Assembly: GCA_964489445.1 (NCBI GenBank)
Contig: CAZAYU010000001.1
Span: forward strand, 210,276 to 274,275
DNA: 64,000 nucleotides
Source of the DNA: an uncultured Planctomycetia bacterium
GTDB lineage: Bacteria > Omnitrophota > Gorgyraeia > Duberdicusellales > 4484-171
Reading direction: 5' to 3'
The number at the start of each line of letters is the position of its first letter. Positions within the stretch are counted from its first letter, which is position 1. Below the pieces are notes generated by a model. It did no database searches and was not told the DNA's origin. It worked only from the letters and a program-made list of their open reading frames with translations. Position numbers and translations under genes: made by a program. Of this stretch, positions 10,848 through 20,946 are shown one piece after another.

Positions 10848-11213
10848 CTATATTGCTTCCGGAGCTAGAGACAATATTTTAGCAAATTTTCCTCTTAATT
10901 CTCTTGCTACCGGGCCAAACACTCTGGTTGCTCTAGGATTTCCTTGTTTGTCAATAATCACACAAGCATTCTTATCAAACTTAATAGCTAATCCATCGCG
11001 TCTTTTAATCGGAAAGCATGTTCTTACCACTACCGCTCGAACAACCTCTCCTTTTTTAATTGCCGCATTAGGCATCGCTTCTTTAACGCTAGCAGTGATG
11101 ATATCCCCGATAACTGCGCAATCTCTTCCCTTTCTGCCAATAACTCCGATAAACGCAACTTTTTTTGCTCCGCTGTTATCTGCCACATCTAACTTTGTTC
11201 TTAAATAAATCAT
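10848..11213 (-). CDS. rplN: 50S ribosomal protein L14
   Basis: [25 protein letters not shown]. Confidence 0.98.
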   Translation of the reverse strand: MIYLRTKLDVADNSGAKKVAFIGVIGRKGRDCAVIGDIITASVKEAMPNAAIKKGEVVRAVVVRTCFPIKRRDGLAIKFDKNACVIIDKQGNPRATRVFGPVARELRGKFAKILSLAPEAI

Positions 11214-11253
11214 AGCTTACACATTATGTTTTTCCTTGTGTTTATCTACTTCA

Positions 11254-11493
11254 CTAACTAATAATTGTCAAAAGCTCAAAACACTTATCCTTCGAATAAG
11301 GGCGAGATTCAATTATTTTAACTTTATTTCCTACTTTTGCACTATTTTTAGAATCGTGAGCTTTATATTTCTTTCTTCTCACCACTGAACGCTTGTACAG
11401 CTGATGTGAAAACTTTTTGCTGACCAACACAGAAATAGTTTTATCCATTTTATCAGATACAACTTCGCCTTCTAATATTCTTCCTTTTTTCAC
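11254..11493 (-). CDS. rpsQ: 30S ribosomal protein S17
   Basis: GEVVSDKMDKTI, YKAHD, ESRPYSK. Confidence 0.97.
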   Translation of the reverse strand: MKKGRILEGEVVSDKMDKTISVLVSKKFSHQLYKRSVVRRKKYKAHDSKNSAKVGNKVKIIESRPYSKDKCFELLTIIS

Positions 11494-11684
11494 TTTTTCA
11501 CCCCTTGTTTCCGATTAGCAAACGTAAGAATGCGAGCAATATCTTTCTTAACTTGTTTAAAAAGATGAGGTTTTTCCGCTCCGGTTTTACGCTTAAACTG
11601 CAATTCCATTAACCGTTTATTGAGCTCTTTTAATTTATCACTTAATTCTTGGGACGTTAATCCTTCCAACTCTTTAACTTTCAC
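11490..11684 (-). CDS. rpmC: 50S ribosomal protein L29
   Basis: MKVKEL...EKPH...KKDIARILT; operon position. Confidence 0.95.
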   Translation of the reverse strand: MKVKELEGLTSQELSDKLKELNKRLMELQFKRKTGAEKPHLFKQVKKDIARILTFANRKQGVKK

Positions 11685-11695
11685 TTATTGCTCCT

Positions 11696-12106
11696 CTACT
11701 TTTTTCTACTCACAAACATTAACTTAAACGGCAATTTATAAGCTATCAATTTAAAAGATGCCCGAGCGTAATCTTCCGGAATTCCACCAAGCTCAAAAAT
11801 AATTTTTCCTCTTCGAATAACCGCTACCCAACTATCTACCTCGCCTTTTCCTTTTCCTTGTCTTGATTCTGCAGGCTTTTTGGTAATTGGCTTATCCGGA
11901 AAAACTCTAATCCAGAGTTTACCACCTCTACGTAATCTACGCGTAAGAATTATCCTTGCTGTTTCTATTTGATTATTTTTAAGCCATCCAGCTTCCAGCG
12001 CCTTTACACCGTATTCACCAAAAGAAACAGTTGACCCACCAACAGAAAGCCCTTTTCGCTTTCCGCGTTGTTCTTTTCTGTATTTTACTCGTTTAGGAAG
12101 AAGCAT
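11696..12106 (-). CDS. rplP: 50S ribosomal protein L16
   Basis: MLLPKRVKYRK, WIRVFPDKPITKKP. Confidence 0.98.
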   Translation of the reverse strand: MLLPKRVKYRKEQRGKRKGLSVGGSTVSFGEYGVKALEAGWLKNNQIETARIILTRRLRRGGKLWIRVFPDKPITKKPAESRQGKGKGEVDSWVAVIRRGKIIFELGGIPEDYARASFKLIAYKLPFKLMFVSRKK

Positions 12107-12139
12107 TATATGTTATTTATTTAAAATTATTTAACTTAT

Positions 12140-12826
12140 TTATCGTGGATAACGATTTTTTTCTGTTTTCTCTTCTTTTATCAAGTAACTTCCCAATTTC
12201 TTTATTCCTTTGTAAATCCATACCTTAACCCCAATCGTTCCATAGGTAGTTTTCGCAATATAAAAACCATAGTCAATATCGGCTCTAAAAGTTTGCAAAG
12301 GAACTTTTCCGTGTTTATAGGATTCTTTACGGGCAATTTCAACCCCTCCCAATCGTCCTGAGCATTTTATCTTTATTCCTTCACCACCCAAGGAAGTTGC
12401 TTGCTGTATTGCTCTTTTCATCGCCCGCCTAAAATTTATTCTTCTCATCAACTGGAATCCAATTGACTCAGCAACTAACTGTGCTTCTAGCGCCGGCTCG
12501 CGTGCTTCTTCAACGTCAATCAAAATTTCTTTTTTTGCTAATTTATTCAGAATCTGTTTTACCCGCTCAATATCTTGCCCCCGCCTACCAATTATAACGC
12601 CCGGGCGAGAGGTTCTGACTCTAATCCGAATCACATTAGAAGATACTCTCTCAATATTTATAGAAGCAACAGAGCCGTTAGGATAGTTTCTCTTTATTGC
12701 GTTTCGAATTTTGAAATCTTCCTCTAAATAATCAGCATATTCCCGTTTTCGCGGAGAAAACCAACTAGAAAGCCAGTCTTTACCAAATCCGATTCTCAGC
12801 ACATAAGGATGAACTTTTTGACCCAT
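12140..12826 (-). CDS. rpsC: 30S ribosomal protein S3
   Basis: MGQKVHP, RPGVIIGRRG, SGRLGG.EIAR, VPLQTFRADIDY. Confidence 0.98.
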   Translation of the reverse strand: MGQKVHPYVLRIGFGKDWLSSWFSPRKREYADYLEEDFKIRNAIKRNYPNGSVASINIERVSSNVIRIRVRTSRPGVIIGRRGQDIERVKQILNKLAKKEILIDVEEAREPALEAQLVAESIGFQLMRRINFRRAMKRAIQQATSLGGEGIKIKCSGRLGGVEIARKESYKHGKVPLQTFRADIDYGFYIAKTTYGTIGVKVWIYKGIKKLGSYLIKEEKTEKNRYPR

Positions 12827-12857
12827 ATAAATCTCCGATTTAACTATTTATCTAGCC

Positions 12858-13202
12858 TCATTTAATTAACTTTTCTTTAGTATCCAGTTCTATTAGAATA
12901 TGTGACGTTCTTTTTCTTATTGTCGTTGCTCTGCCAAAAGACGCAGCACGATGCCGTTTCAATGTCGGTCCAGGATTAACAACAATTTTAGATATAAACA
13001 AACCATCCTCAGTGTATCCTTTATTTTTTGCATTCGCTAAAGCAGATTTCAACACTTTAGCTAAAAGATGCGCACTCTTTTGATTAATTAGCCCAATCTT
13101 GTGTAAAGCGCCTTTAGCTACGCTTCCTTTAATTAAGCGACTAACTGGCCTTATCTTAGTGGGTGAAGTTCGAATATATTTTGCTTCCGCTTTTGCTACC
13201 AT
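12858..13202 (-). CDS. rplV: 50S ribosomal protein L22
   Basis: AKAEAKYIRTSPTK, SALANA, IRKRTSHI. Start moved from 13247 to ATG 13202 to match typical L22 length. Confidence 0.95.
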   Translation of the reverse strand: MVAKAEAKYIRTSPTKIRPVSRLIKGSVAKGALHKIGLINQKSAHLLAKVLKSALANAKNKGYTEDGLFISKIVVNPGPTLKRHRAASFGRATTIRKRTSHILIELDTKEKLIK

Positions 13203-13274
13203 TATAAAAAGTTTTGTCTTGTATTCGAATTTAATAAGTCTTACCATTTAAGACTATCAAACCAAATCTGTTTA

Positions 13275-13562
13275 TTATTTTTTCTGAATAGCCTTCTTGG
13301 CTTTTATTCCTCCATGTTGACGAAATGTTCTAGTTGAGGAAAACTCTCCCAAACGATGACCAACCATTGATTCAGTTATGAAAACAGGAATATGCTTTTT
13401 GCCATTGTGCACCGCAAAAGTAAGCCCAACAAAATCCGGAATGATCATTGAACTGCGTGACCAAGTTTTTATTGCCTTGCGATCTCCGGATATCTTTGCT
13501 TTCTGCGTTTTTTTAAGCAACTTTTGATCTACGAAAGGCCCTTTTTTAAGAGAACGGCTCAT
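13275..13562 (-). CDS. rpsS: 30S ribosomal protein S19
   Basis: [28 protein letters not shown]. Confidence 0.98.
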   Translation of the reverse strand: MSRSLKKGPFVDQKLLKKTQKAKISGDRKAIKTWSRSSMIIPDFVGLTFAVHNGKKHIPVFITESMVGHRLGEFSSTRTFRQHGGIKAKKAIQKK

Positions 13563-14413
13563 TTCTTACCTCTCTTTTTATTCACTCTTCGCTTAATAAT
13601 ATATTTACTAGTTTGTTTGCGTGGATTACGCGTTTTTGCCCCTTTAGTCGGCTTGCCCCAAGGTGTTACTGGGTGAGGATTACCCTGCCCAGCTCTTCCT
13701 TCTCCACCACCATGTGGATGATCAACCGGGTTCATCGCTACCCCCCGAACTTTTGGCCTTCTACCTAGCCAACGCACTTTTCCAGCTTTACCCATGCGAA
13801 AGGAAGAATGTTCAATTAACCCAACCTGACCAACTGTAGCCCGACAATCAATCCTTACTAAACGTATTTCCCCTGATGGCATGCGTAGTTGGGCAAACCG
13901 TCCTTCTTTAGCCATAAGCTGAGCCCAGCTTCCTGCACTTCTACCTAAAATTCCACCCTTACCCGGTTCCAACTCTATATTATGGATAAAAGTTCCCATT
14001 GGAATATGTAACAATTTCATACTATTGCCAGGATTTATATCAATTTGAGCATCTTTGGCGCTGATAATTTCATCTCCGACTTTAAGGTTGTTTGGCCAAA
14101 TAATATACCTTTTTTCTTGATCAGGATAAACCACCAAAGCTATTCTAGCGGTGCGGTTCGGATCATATTCTACAGCAATAATTTTTCCGGAAACATCATA
14201 TTTATCACGCTTGAAATCAATTATTCGGTATTTTCGTTTGTTGCCTCCTCCACGCCTACGTACTGTTATCCGACCACGATTATTCCTTCCACCACTCTTT
14301 TTCAAACTAACCGTTAATGACTTTTCCGGATAGGATTTCGTAATCTCTTGAAAATCAGAAATCACTTTAAAGCGTAATGTCGGCGTAATTGGTCTAAATT
14401 TTTTTACTCCCAT
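13559..14413 (-). CDS. rplB: 50S ribosomal protein L2
   Basis: [36 protein letters not shown]. Confidence 0.99.
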   Translation of the reverse strand: MGVKKFRPITPTLRFKVISDFQEITKSYPEKSLTVSLKKSGGRNNRGRITVRRRGGGNKRKYRIIDFKRDKYDVSGKIIAVEYDPNRTARIALVVYPDQEKRYIIWPNNLKVGDEIISAKDAQIDINPGNSMKLLHIPMGTFIHNIELEPGKGGILGRSAGSWAQLMAKEGRFAQLRMPSGEIRLVRIDCRATVGQVGLIEHSSFRMGKAGKVRWLGRRPKVRGVAMNPVDHPHGGGEGRAGQGNPHPVTPWGKPTKGAKTRNPRKQTSKYIIKRRVNKKRGKK

Positions 14414-14456
14414 AATATACTATATTTTAGTTACAAGCTAACTCTGTTTATCATCA

Positions 14457-14747
14457 CTAGGCCAGCTTGATTTCAAATCCTTTTTTCAAAGTTACTACTG
14501 CTTTTTTCCAAGAAGCAGTTTTTCCGGATTGGTTGCCTCTAATCCTTTTCATTTTTCCCTTTACAATTAATGTAGAAATTTTATCAACTTTAACTTTATA
14601 TATAAACTCAACAGCATTTCTTATTTCCACCTTATTAGCGCTCAACGCAGCACGAAAAGCATATTTTCGATAAACAGCATCTTTTGTTAATTTCTCGGTG
14701 ACCAAAGACCCTTTAATGATAGAATAAATACTTTTTTGTCTAATCAT
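14457..14747 (-). CDS. rplW: 50S ribosomal protein L23
   Basis: VTEK, ANKVEIRNAVE, WKKAVVTL. Confidence 0.95.
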   Translation of the reverse strand: MIRQKSIYSIIKGSLVTEKLTKDAVYRKYAFRAALSANKVEIRNAVEFIYKVKVDKISTLIVKGKMKRIRGNQSGKTASWKKAVVTLKKGFEIKLA

Positions 14748-15450
14748 TTAAAGCCTCATTTTTCTTCTTATTAACGCAGGATTTGCTAATTCTTTCCTCA
14801 ATTTTTCTTAAAGTTTTTTTGGTTAATATCACTCTATCACAATCTATAATCTCCTTTGTGCTTACGTCTGAAACTTTTGCTAAAAATACTTTTTTTATAT
14901 TTCTTGTCGCAAGTTTTAAATTATTTGCAAATGCCTCAACGACAAATCTCATTTTAAAATTATTAATATTGAGATTGTTAATAATTTCAAAAAAGAATTT
15001 TGTTTTGGGGACATCAATAGATAAATCGTCAATAATTAGTATTTGTTGATCTTTTAGTTTAGCATTCAAAGCGCTTTTTAAGGCTTGTATTTTCATTTTT
15101 TTAGGAAAATCTTTATTATAGGAGCGTAACTGAGGACCAAATGTAACTCCGCCGCCGCGCCAAATCGGAGAACGGGATGAACCTACGCGCGCTCTACCCG
15201 TACCTTTCTGCCGCCAAGGCTTCCTTCCGCCCCCACGTACGTTACCTCTTGTTTTTGTCAATGCTATTCCCTTACGTTGATTGGCCAGTTGGGTTACAAC
15301 CGCCTGCTGAATAAGCACAAGATTTACTTTTCCATCAAACACTTGATGATTAAGAGTAATTCTTTCCACCTCTTTTCCCTGAATATTAAAAACCGGAAAA
15401 TCTAGTTGCATGATCTGGGAAATGGGCCCTTTTTTTCTTTCTTGTACCAT
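14740..15450 (-). CDS. rplD: 50S ribosomal protein L4 (alternative start ATG 15411)
   Basis: TKTRGNVRGGGRKPWRQKGTGRAR, WRGGGVTFGP. Confidence 0.96.
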   Translation of the reverse strand: MVQERKKGPISQIMQLDFPVFNIQGKEVERITLNHQVFDGKVNLVLIQQAVVTQLANQRKGIALTKTRGNVRGGGRKPWRQKGTGRARVGSSRSPIWRGGGVTFGPQLRSYNKDFPKKMKIQALKSALNAKLKDQQILIIDDLSIDVPKTKFFFEIINNLNINNFKMRFVVEAFANNLKLATRNIKKVFLAKVSDVSTKEIIDCDRVILTKKTLRKIEERISKSCVNKKKNEALND

Positions 15451-15453
15451 AAA

Positions 15454-16155
15454 TTATTTAATTTTTGCTATTTTAACTATTGTGTTCCTGCTTCCAGGCA
15501 CACTTCCCTTGATAAATAATAAGTGTTTATCTTTATCTACTCTTACAATTTGTAAGTTTTTTGTAGTTCGAAATTTATTACCTAAATGTCCCGGCATATG
15601 AATACCCTTAATTATCCTCGAAGGATACGCAGAAGCTCCAGCAGAGCCTAATCGACGATGCGAAGTCGAACCGTGAGTTTTTGGCTGGCCCGACCACCCC
15701 CATCTCTTCATGCCACCGGCAAAACCTCTCCCTTTGGTTTTTGCCCTTACATGGACTCTTTCTCCTTCACTAAAAATTTCTACCCCTACCTCGCGAGATA
15801 TAGGACCGCTCTCTACCACACCATCGGGAGATTCTTTGGTAGTAACTTCAGTTTTTTCTCCATTCTTTTTTAAAAAAGAAACATCCGCTCCAGTAGCTAT
15901 GTTTACTTCACGGATCAACTTGTAAGCGCCTACTCCCATTTTATTAAAGTATCCGGATATTGGTTTTTTTATTTTTTTAGCCTTTGCTTGCTCAACAAAA
16001 AAACAGCCTATTTTTAACTTTACAGATTTAGGATATTTTATTTCCTCTAGCAAACAAACAGGTTCCACTTCAACCAATGTTACTGGAGATATCTCTCCTT
16101 GCTCGTTAAATATTTGAGTCATCCCAACTTTTTTACCGTATATTTCTTTAATCAT
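15454..16155 (-). CDS. rplC: 50S ribosomal protein L3
   Basis: GKKVGMTQIF, KGRGFAG, MPGHLG, IKGSVPG. Confidence 0.97.
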   Translation of the reverse strand: MIKEIYGKKVGMTQIFNEQGEISPVTLVEVEPVCLLEEIKYPKSVKLKIGCFFVEQAKAKKIKKPISGYFNKMGVGAYKLIREVNIATGADVSFLKKNGEKTEVTTKESPDGVVESGPISREVGVEIFSEGERVHVRAKTKGRGFAGGMKRWGWSGQPKTHGSTSHRRLGSAGASAYPSRIIKGIHMPGHLGNKFRTTKNLQIVRVDKDKHLLFIKGSVPGSRNTIVKIAKIK

Positions 16156-16224
16156 ACATATCTCTCAATTTTAATGATCCTTTGATTTCTTTTAATATAG
16201 GTTTAATTAAAAAATCTCTTAGGC

Positions 16225-16533
16225 TTAAAGCTCCTGCTTTATCTCTACACTGACTCCTGCCGGCAGGTTCAATTTTCTTAAGGCATCTATTGTTTTAGCA
16301 GTGGGGTCATCTAAGTCAATAATCCGCTTATGAACAGCCAACATAAATTGTTCTCTAGATTTTTTATCAACGTTAGTCGAACGATTAACAGTGTAAATTT
16401 TCTTTCTTGTTGGTATCGGAATCGGCCCATTAACTTTTGCTCCTGTTCGTAATGCAACTTCTGCTATATCCTTGGCGGACTGATCCAATATCCTATGATC
16501 AAATGCTTTTAGTTTTATTCTTAGTTTTAACAT
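16225..16533 (-). CDS. rpsJ: 30S ribosomal protein S10
   Basis: [28 protein letters not shown]. Confidence 0.98.
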   Translation of the reverse strand: MLKLRIKLKAFDHRILDQSAKDIAEVALRTGAKVNGPIPIPTRKKIYTVNRSTNVDKKSREQFMLAVHKRIIDLDDPTAKTIDALRKLNLPAGVSVEIKQEL

Positions 16534-16548
16534 TTTCTTTTTGATTAT

Positions 16549-16597
16549 TTTTGCGCTAATCGTATTTTATATTTTTTAAAACACTTTTAGCGCAAAA
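16549..16597. promoter_or_regulatory. Extended hairpin between tuf and rpsJ (candidate S10 leader or processing structure)
   Basis: Perfect 11-bp inverted repeat TTTTGCGCTAA (16549-16559) / TTAGCGCAAAA (16587-16597), plus an inner stem. Confidence 0.4.
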
Positions 16598-16614
16598 TAT
16601 TTAACTAATAAAAA

Positions 16615-17817
16615 TTATTCAGTAATCTCGGTCACAACTCCTGCACCTACTGTCCTACCACCTTCACGAATCGCAAACCTTAATTCCTTTTCAACTGCAA
16701 TTGGTTGGATTAATTGCACATCAACTACAACATTGTCTCCAGGCATAACCATTTCTACGCCTTTTGGCAGTTGACAAGTTCCAGTAACATCCGTTGTTCG
16801 GCAATAGAACTGTGGCCGATACCCGCCAAAAAAAGGAGTATGCCTACCGCCTTCTTCCTTTTTTAAAGCGTACATCTGAGCTTTAAATTTAGTATGAGGA
16901 GTAATTGATCCAGTCTTGGCTAAAACCATTCCTCTTTCTACTCCTTCTTTCTCAATCCCTCTCAGCAACAATCCAACATTATCTCCGGCTTGTCCTTCAT
17001 CAAGAAGCTTTCGAAACATTTCTACCCCAGTAACTACAGTTTTCCTGGTTGCCGGGTGGATACCCACCATCTCTACCTCTTCACCAACTTTAACTTTTCC
17101 TCTTTCAATCCTTCCGGTAACTACAGTACCCCTTCCCGAAATTGAGAACACATCTTCTACTGCCATTAAAAAAGGCTTTTCAATGTCTCTTTTCGGCGTA
17201 GGAATATGCTCATCAACTGATTTCATTAAGTCAATAATTGATTTACAATTTGGACAATCATCTTTGCCACAACCACATTCCATAGCTTTTAGTGCTGACC
17301 CTTTAACTATGGAAATGTCTTTCCCGGGAAACTCATATTTTGTCAATAAATCACGTACTTCTTCTTCGACCAGCTCAACAAGCTCGGCATCTTCCATCTG
17401 GTCAACCTTATTAACAAAAACTACAACTGCCGGAACATTAACCTGTCTTGCTAAAAGTATATGTTCCCTAGTTTGAGGCATTGGCCCATCAGTAGCCGCT
17501 ACGACTAAAATTGCGCCATCCATTTGGGCAGCTCCAGTAATCATATTTTTAATATAATCAGCGTGACCAGGACAATCAATATGTGCATAGTGACGCTTTT
17601 CTGTTTCATACTCAACGTGAGCAATATTGATAGTTACTCCACGCTCTCTTTCTTCGGGAGCTTTATCAATATCTTCAAACTTAAGTGCCTGTGCACCGCC
17701 TTTAGTCGCCAACACCTTAGTTATCGCTGACGTAAGTGTTGTTTTTCCGTGATCTACGTGGCCAATAGTACCGATGTTAAGATGAGGTTTTGACCTTACA
17801 AATTTTTCTTTCCCCAT
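16615..17817 (-). CDS. tuf: Elongation factor Tu
   Basis: [39 protein letters not shown]. Confidence 0.99.
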   Translation of the reverse strand: MGKEKFVRSKPHLNIGTIGHVDHGKTTLTSAITKVLATKGGAQALKFEDIDKAPEERERGVTINIAHVEYETEKRHYAHIDCPGHADYIKNMITGAAQMDGAILVVAATDGPMPQTREHILLARQVNVPAVVVFVNKVDQMEDAELVELVEEEVRDLLTKYEFPGKDISIVKGSALKAMECGCGKDDCPNCKSIIDLMKSVDEHIPTPKRDIEKPFLMAVEDVFSISGRGTVVTGRIERGKVKVGEEVEMVGIHPATRKTVVTGVEMFRKLLDEGQAGDNVGLLLRGIEKEGVERGMVLAKTGSITPHTKFKAQMYALKKEEGGRHTPFFGGYRPQFYCRTTDVTGTCQLPKGVEMVMPGDNVVVDVQLIQPIAVEKELRFAIREGGRTVGAGVVTEITE

Positions 17818-17882
17818 ATTTACCTCCTTTTAGCACTGGTTGTTTAATTATTACTCTCCAACTAAAACATCCCGCGCTTCTC

Positions 17883-19946
17883 TTATACTCCTACTATTTT
17901 TATTAATACCTCTTCAGGAACTCTTTCGTAATACAAAGGTTCTATTATATAAGATGCACGCCCTTGTGTCAAGCCTCTTAATATATCTGCATAGTTAAAA
18001 ACTTCAACTAACGGCACTTCTGCTTTAATTATTCTTAAATTTTTTCTTTCTTGAATAGCAGAAATTCTAGCCCGCCGCGAGTTTAAATCACCAATTACCT
18101 GGCTAGCATATTCAGAAGCAACCACGACTTCTAGATTCATTATCGGCTCTAGTAAAACTGATTTTGCTTTCTTTAAGCCATCCTTAATACCTATTTCTGC
18201 GGCAACCTTAAACGCCAGCTCGGAAGAATCTACATCGTGGTAAGATCCATCTACTAATGTAACTTTGACATTCACCACTGGATATCCTCCTAAAACACCA
18301 CTTTCCAACGCTTCCAAAACACCTTTTTTTACTGAAGGAATATATTCCTTGGGGATTGCCCCAGATTTAATTTTACTTTCAAACACTAACCCTTTACCTC
18401 TACTTAATGGTTCCATTAAAAATACTACATGCCCGTATTGCCCTTTACCACCTGTTTGCTGTATGAATTTTCCAGCAACTTCTGCCCGTTTAGTTATTGT
18501 CTCTTTATAGGCTACCTGCGGTTTACCAATCCTTGCTGCAACTTTAAAATCACGCGTCAACCGGTCGACCATAATCTCTAAATGAAGTTTACCCATTCCA
18601 GAAATAATCGTCTGTCCGGTTTCTTTATTGTAAGTTACCTTAAACGAAGGATCTTCATCAGCTAATTTTCCTAAAACATCGAACAGCTTATCTTGATCAG
18701 CTTTAGTTTTTGGTTCAATGGCTAAGGAAACCACTGGCTCCGGAAATTTTATATCCTCTAAAATTAGATGTTTCTGACTATCACACAAAGTATCTCCGGT
18801 AGTTGTAGATTTTAGTCCAACTAAACAAATAATATCTCCTGCTTTTGCTTCTTTAACAGCTTCTTGCTTGCTTGCGTGCATCCTTAAAATTTTAGTTATT
18901 CTCTCTTTTTGCTGTTTTGTTGCATTATAAATACTAGACCCCGAATTAACTTTTCCCGAGTAAATTCTCGTATAATAAAGTTTTCCAGCAAACGAATCAG
19001 AAAATACTTTGAAGCATAGTGCGCACAAAGGAGCGTTTAGAGAAATATTAAGCTGATAACTTTCATTGTTTTTAACATCTAAAACATCAATGCCTGCACA
19101 TTCTGCAGGTGAAGGAAGATAATCACAAACCGCTCCGAGCATCTGCTGTATTCCTTTATTCTTTAAAGCTGAGCCGCAAAGAACCGGAACAATTTTATTC
19201 GCAATAACTTGCGCCCGCAAAACCGACACAATCTCACTTTCTGATACCTTCTCGCCATCAAGTACCTTTTGCATAAACTGATCATCAAGCTCAGCAATTT
19301 TTTCGATCAAATGTTCTTTGCAAGTACCAACCAAACTTTGCATCGCTTCAGGAATACTTTCTTCAACAACCTTTTCTCCAAATTCTCCGTCATAATACAA
19401 TGCTTTATCTCGGATCAAATCAACCAACCCCACAAACTCATCATTATTATAAATCGGTATCTGAATTGGAATATTAGTAGTTTGTAGTTTTTCATCCATT
19501 TCTTTCACGACAGCAAAAAAATCTGCTCCTTGACGATCCATTTTATTAATAAACGCAATCCGCGGAATATTATAACGATTAGCTTGATGCCAAACAGTCT
19601 CCGACTGTGGTTCAACACCTCCTACAGCGCAAAAAATCACAACTACCCCGTCCAACACCTTCAAGGACCGTTCAACTTCAACAGTAAAGTCAATGTGTCC
19701 AGGAGTATCAATAATATTAATTTGGCAATTACGCCAACAACAATAAGTTGCTGCTGAAGTAATTGTGATCCCTCTTTCTTTCTCTTGAGCCATCCAATCA
19801 GTCACGGCAGTTCCTTCGTGCACCTCACCCACCTTATAAGTTCTTCCAGCATAAAAAAGAATTCTTTCAGTAGTAGTTGTTTTTCCCGCATCAATATGCG
19901 CAATAAAACCAATATTCCGTATCAAGCCTAAATCTTTTTTTACCAT
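17883..19946 (-). CDS. fusA: Elongation factor G
   Basis: AHIDAGKTT, ERGITI, DTPGH, NKMD, GSYHDVDSSE; lies in the str operon. Confidence 0.97.
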   Translation of the reverse strand: MVKKDLGLIRNIGFIAHIDAGKTTTTERILFYAGRTYKVGEVHEGTAVTDWMAQEKERGITITSAATYCCWRNCQINIIDTPGHIDFTVEVERSLKVLDGVVVIFCAVGGVEPQSETVWHQANRYNIPRIAFINKMDRQGADFFAVVKEMDEKLQTTNIPIQIPIYNNDEFVGLVDLIRDKALYYDGEFGEKVVEESIPEAMQSLVGTCKEHLIEKIAELDDQFMQKVLDGEKVSESEIVSVLRAQVIANKIVPVLCGSALKNKGIQQMLGAVCDYLPSPAECAGIDVLDVKNNESYQLNISLNAPLCALCFKVFSDSFAGKLYYTRIYSGKVNSGSSIYNATKQQKERITKILRMHASKQEAVKEAKAGDIICLVGLKSTTTGDTLCDSQKHLILEDIKFPEPVVSLAIEPKTKADQDKLFDVLGKLADEDPSFKVTYNKETGQTIISGMGKLHLEIMVDRLTRDFKVAARIGKPQVAYKETITKRAEVAGKFIQQTGGKGQYGHVVFLMEPLSRGKGLVFESKIKSGAIPKEYIPSVKKGVLEALESGVLGGYPVVNVKVTLVDGSYHDVDSSELAFKVAAEIGIKDGLKKAKSVLLEPIMNLEVVVASEYASQVIGDLNSRRARISAIQERKNLRIIKAEVPLVEVFNYADILRGLTQGRASYIIEPLYYERVPEEVLIKIVGV

Positions 19947-19991
19947 CTTAATTTATTTTAAAAAATATTAGCGTTACTTGTTAACCTATAC

Positions 19992-20459
19992 TTAATAGCG
20001 AAAATGAGCAAATGCTTTGTTAGCCTCAGCCATTTTATGCGAATCGTCTCTCTTTTTAATCGCCGCACCTTCTCGTTTATAAGCAACAATAATTTCCTCA
20101 GCTAGTTTATCTTTCATCGCTTTACCTTTTTTCTTTAACGCAAAATCCTTAATCCAGCGTAACGCAATAGACATTCCTTTTTCTTTAGGAACCTCCAGCG
20201 GAACCTGATATGTGGATCCTCCTATTCTTCTTGGTTTTACTGTCATTCGCGGACGAACATTTTCTAAAGCAGCAAAAAATACTTTTAGCGGATCCATTTT
20301 AAGCCTCTCATTCACCGTATCAAAAGCACTATAGACAATCTTTTGTGATATACTTTTCTTACCATCAAACATAATGATGTTAATCAACTGTCCGACAACA
20401 GAAGAGTCATATTTTGCATCCTTTTTAATTTCTCGTTTTGGCGCTCTTCTTCTTCTCAT
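19992..20459 (-). CDS. rpsG: 30S ribosomal protein S7
   Basis: DGKKS, RRIGGSTYQVP, HKMAEANKAFAHFR. Confidence 0.98.
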   Translation of the reverse strand: MRRRRAPKREIKKDAKYDSSVVGQLINIIMFDGKKSISQKIVYSAFDTVNERLKMDPLKVFFAALENVRPRMTVKPRRIGGSTYQVPLEVPKEKGMSIALRWIKDFALKKKGKAMKDKLAEEIIVAYKREGAAIKKRDDSHKMAEANKAFAHFRY

Positions 20460-20500
20460 ATTTCCTTCCTTTTTTATATCTCAAGTACACTAACGGTTCT

Positions 20501-20875
20501 TTAGGCCTTAGGTTTTTTCGCCCCGTATTTTGACCGTGAGCTTTTGCGATTTTGCACTCCCTGACAATCAAGTGTACCCCGCACAATATGATAACGTACT
20601 CCCGGAAGATCCTTAACCCGACCACCTCTTACCAAAGCGATAGAGTGTTCTTGCAAGTTATGGCCTTCTCCCGGTATGTAAGCAGTAACTTCTTCCCGAT
20701 TTGTTAGCCTAATCCTAGCAATTTTTCTTAGAGCAGAATTGGGCTTCTTAGGAGTCATTGTCCGAACCTGCACGCACACCCCTCTTCTTTGCGGGCACCC
20801 TTTTAACGCTGGAGACTTACCTTTTTTCTTCTTTAAAACACGACCTTTCCTAATTAACTGAACTATTGTCGGCAT
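20501..20875 (-). CDS. rpsL: 30S ribosomal protein S12
   Basis: [30 protein letters not shown]. Confidence 0.99.
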   Translation of the reverse strand: MPTIVQLIRKGRVLKKKKGKSPALKGCPQRRGVCVQVRTMTPKKPNSALRKIARIRLTNREEVTAYIPGEGHNLQEHSIALVRGGRVKDLPGVRYHIVRGTLDCQGVQNRKSSRSKYGAKKPKA

Positions 20876-20946
20876 TGTTTCCTCCCTCTCCTATATCTAC
20901 TATCTTTGATGCAATTATAACTGCATATGTAAAATTTTTAATAAAA

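Noticed and set aside
20425-20625. 66-aa minus-strand ORF bridging rpsL and rpsG
   Set aside because: Alternative frame overlapping two conserved genes.
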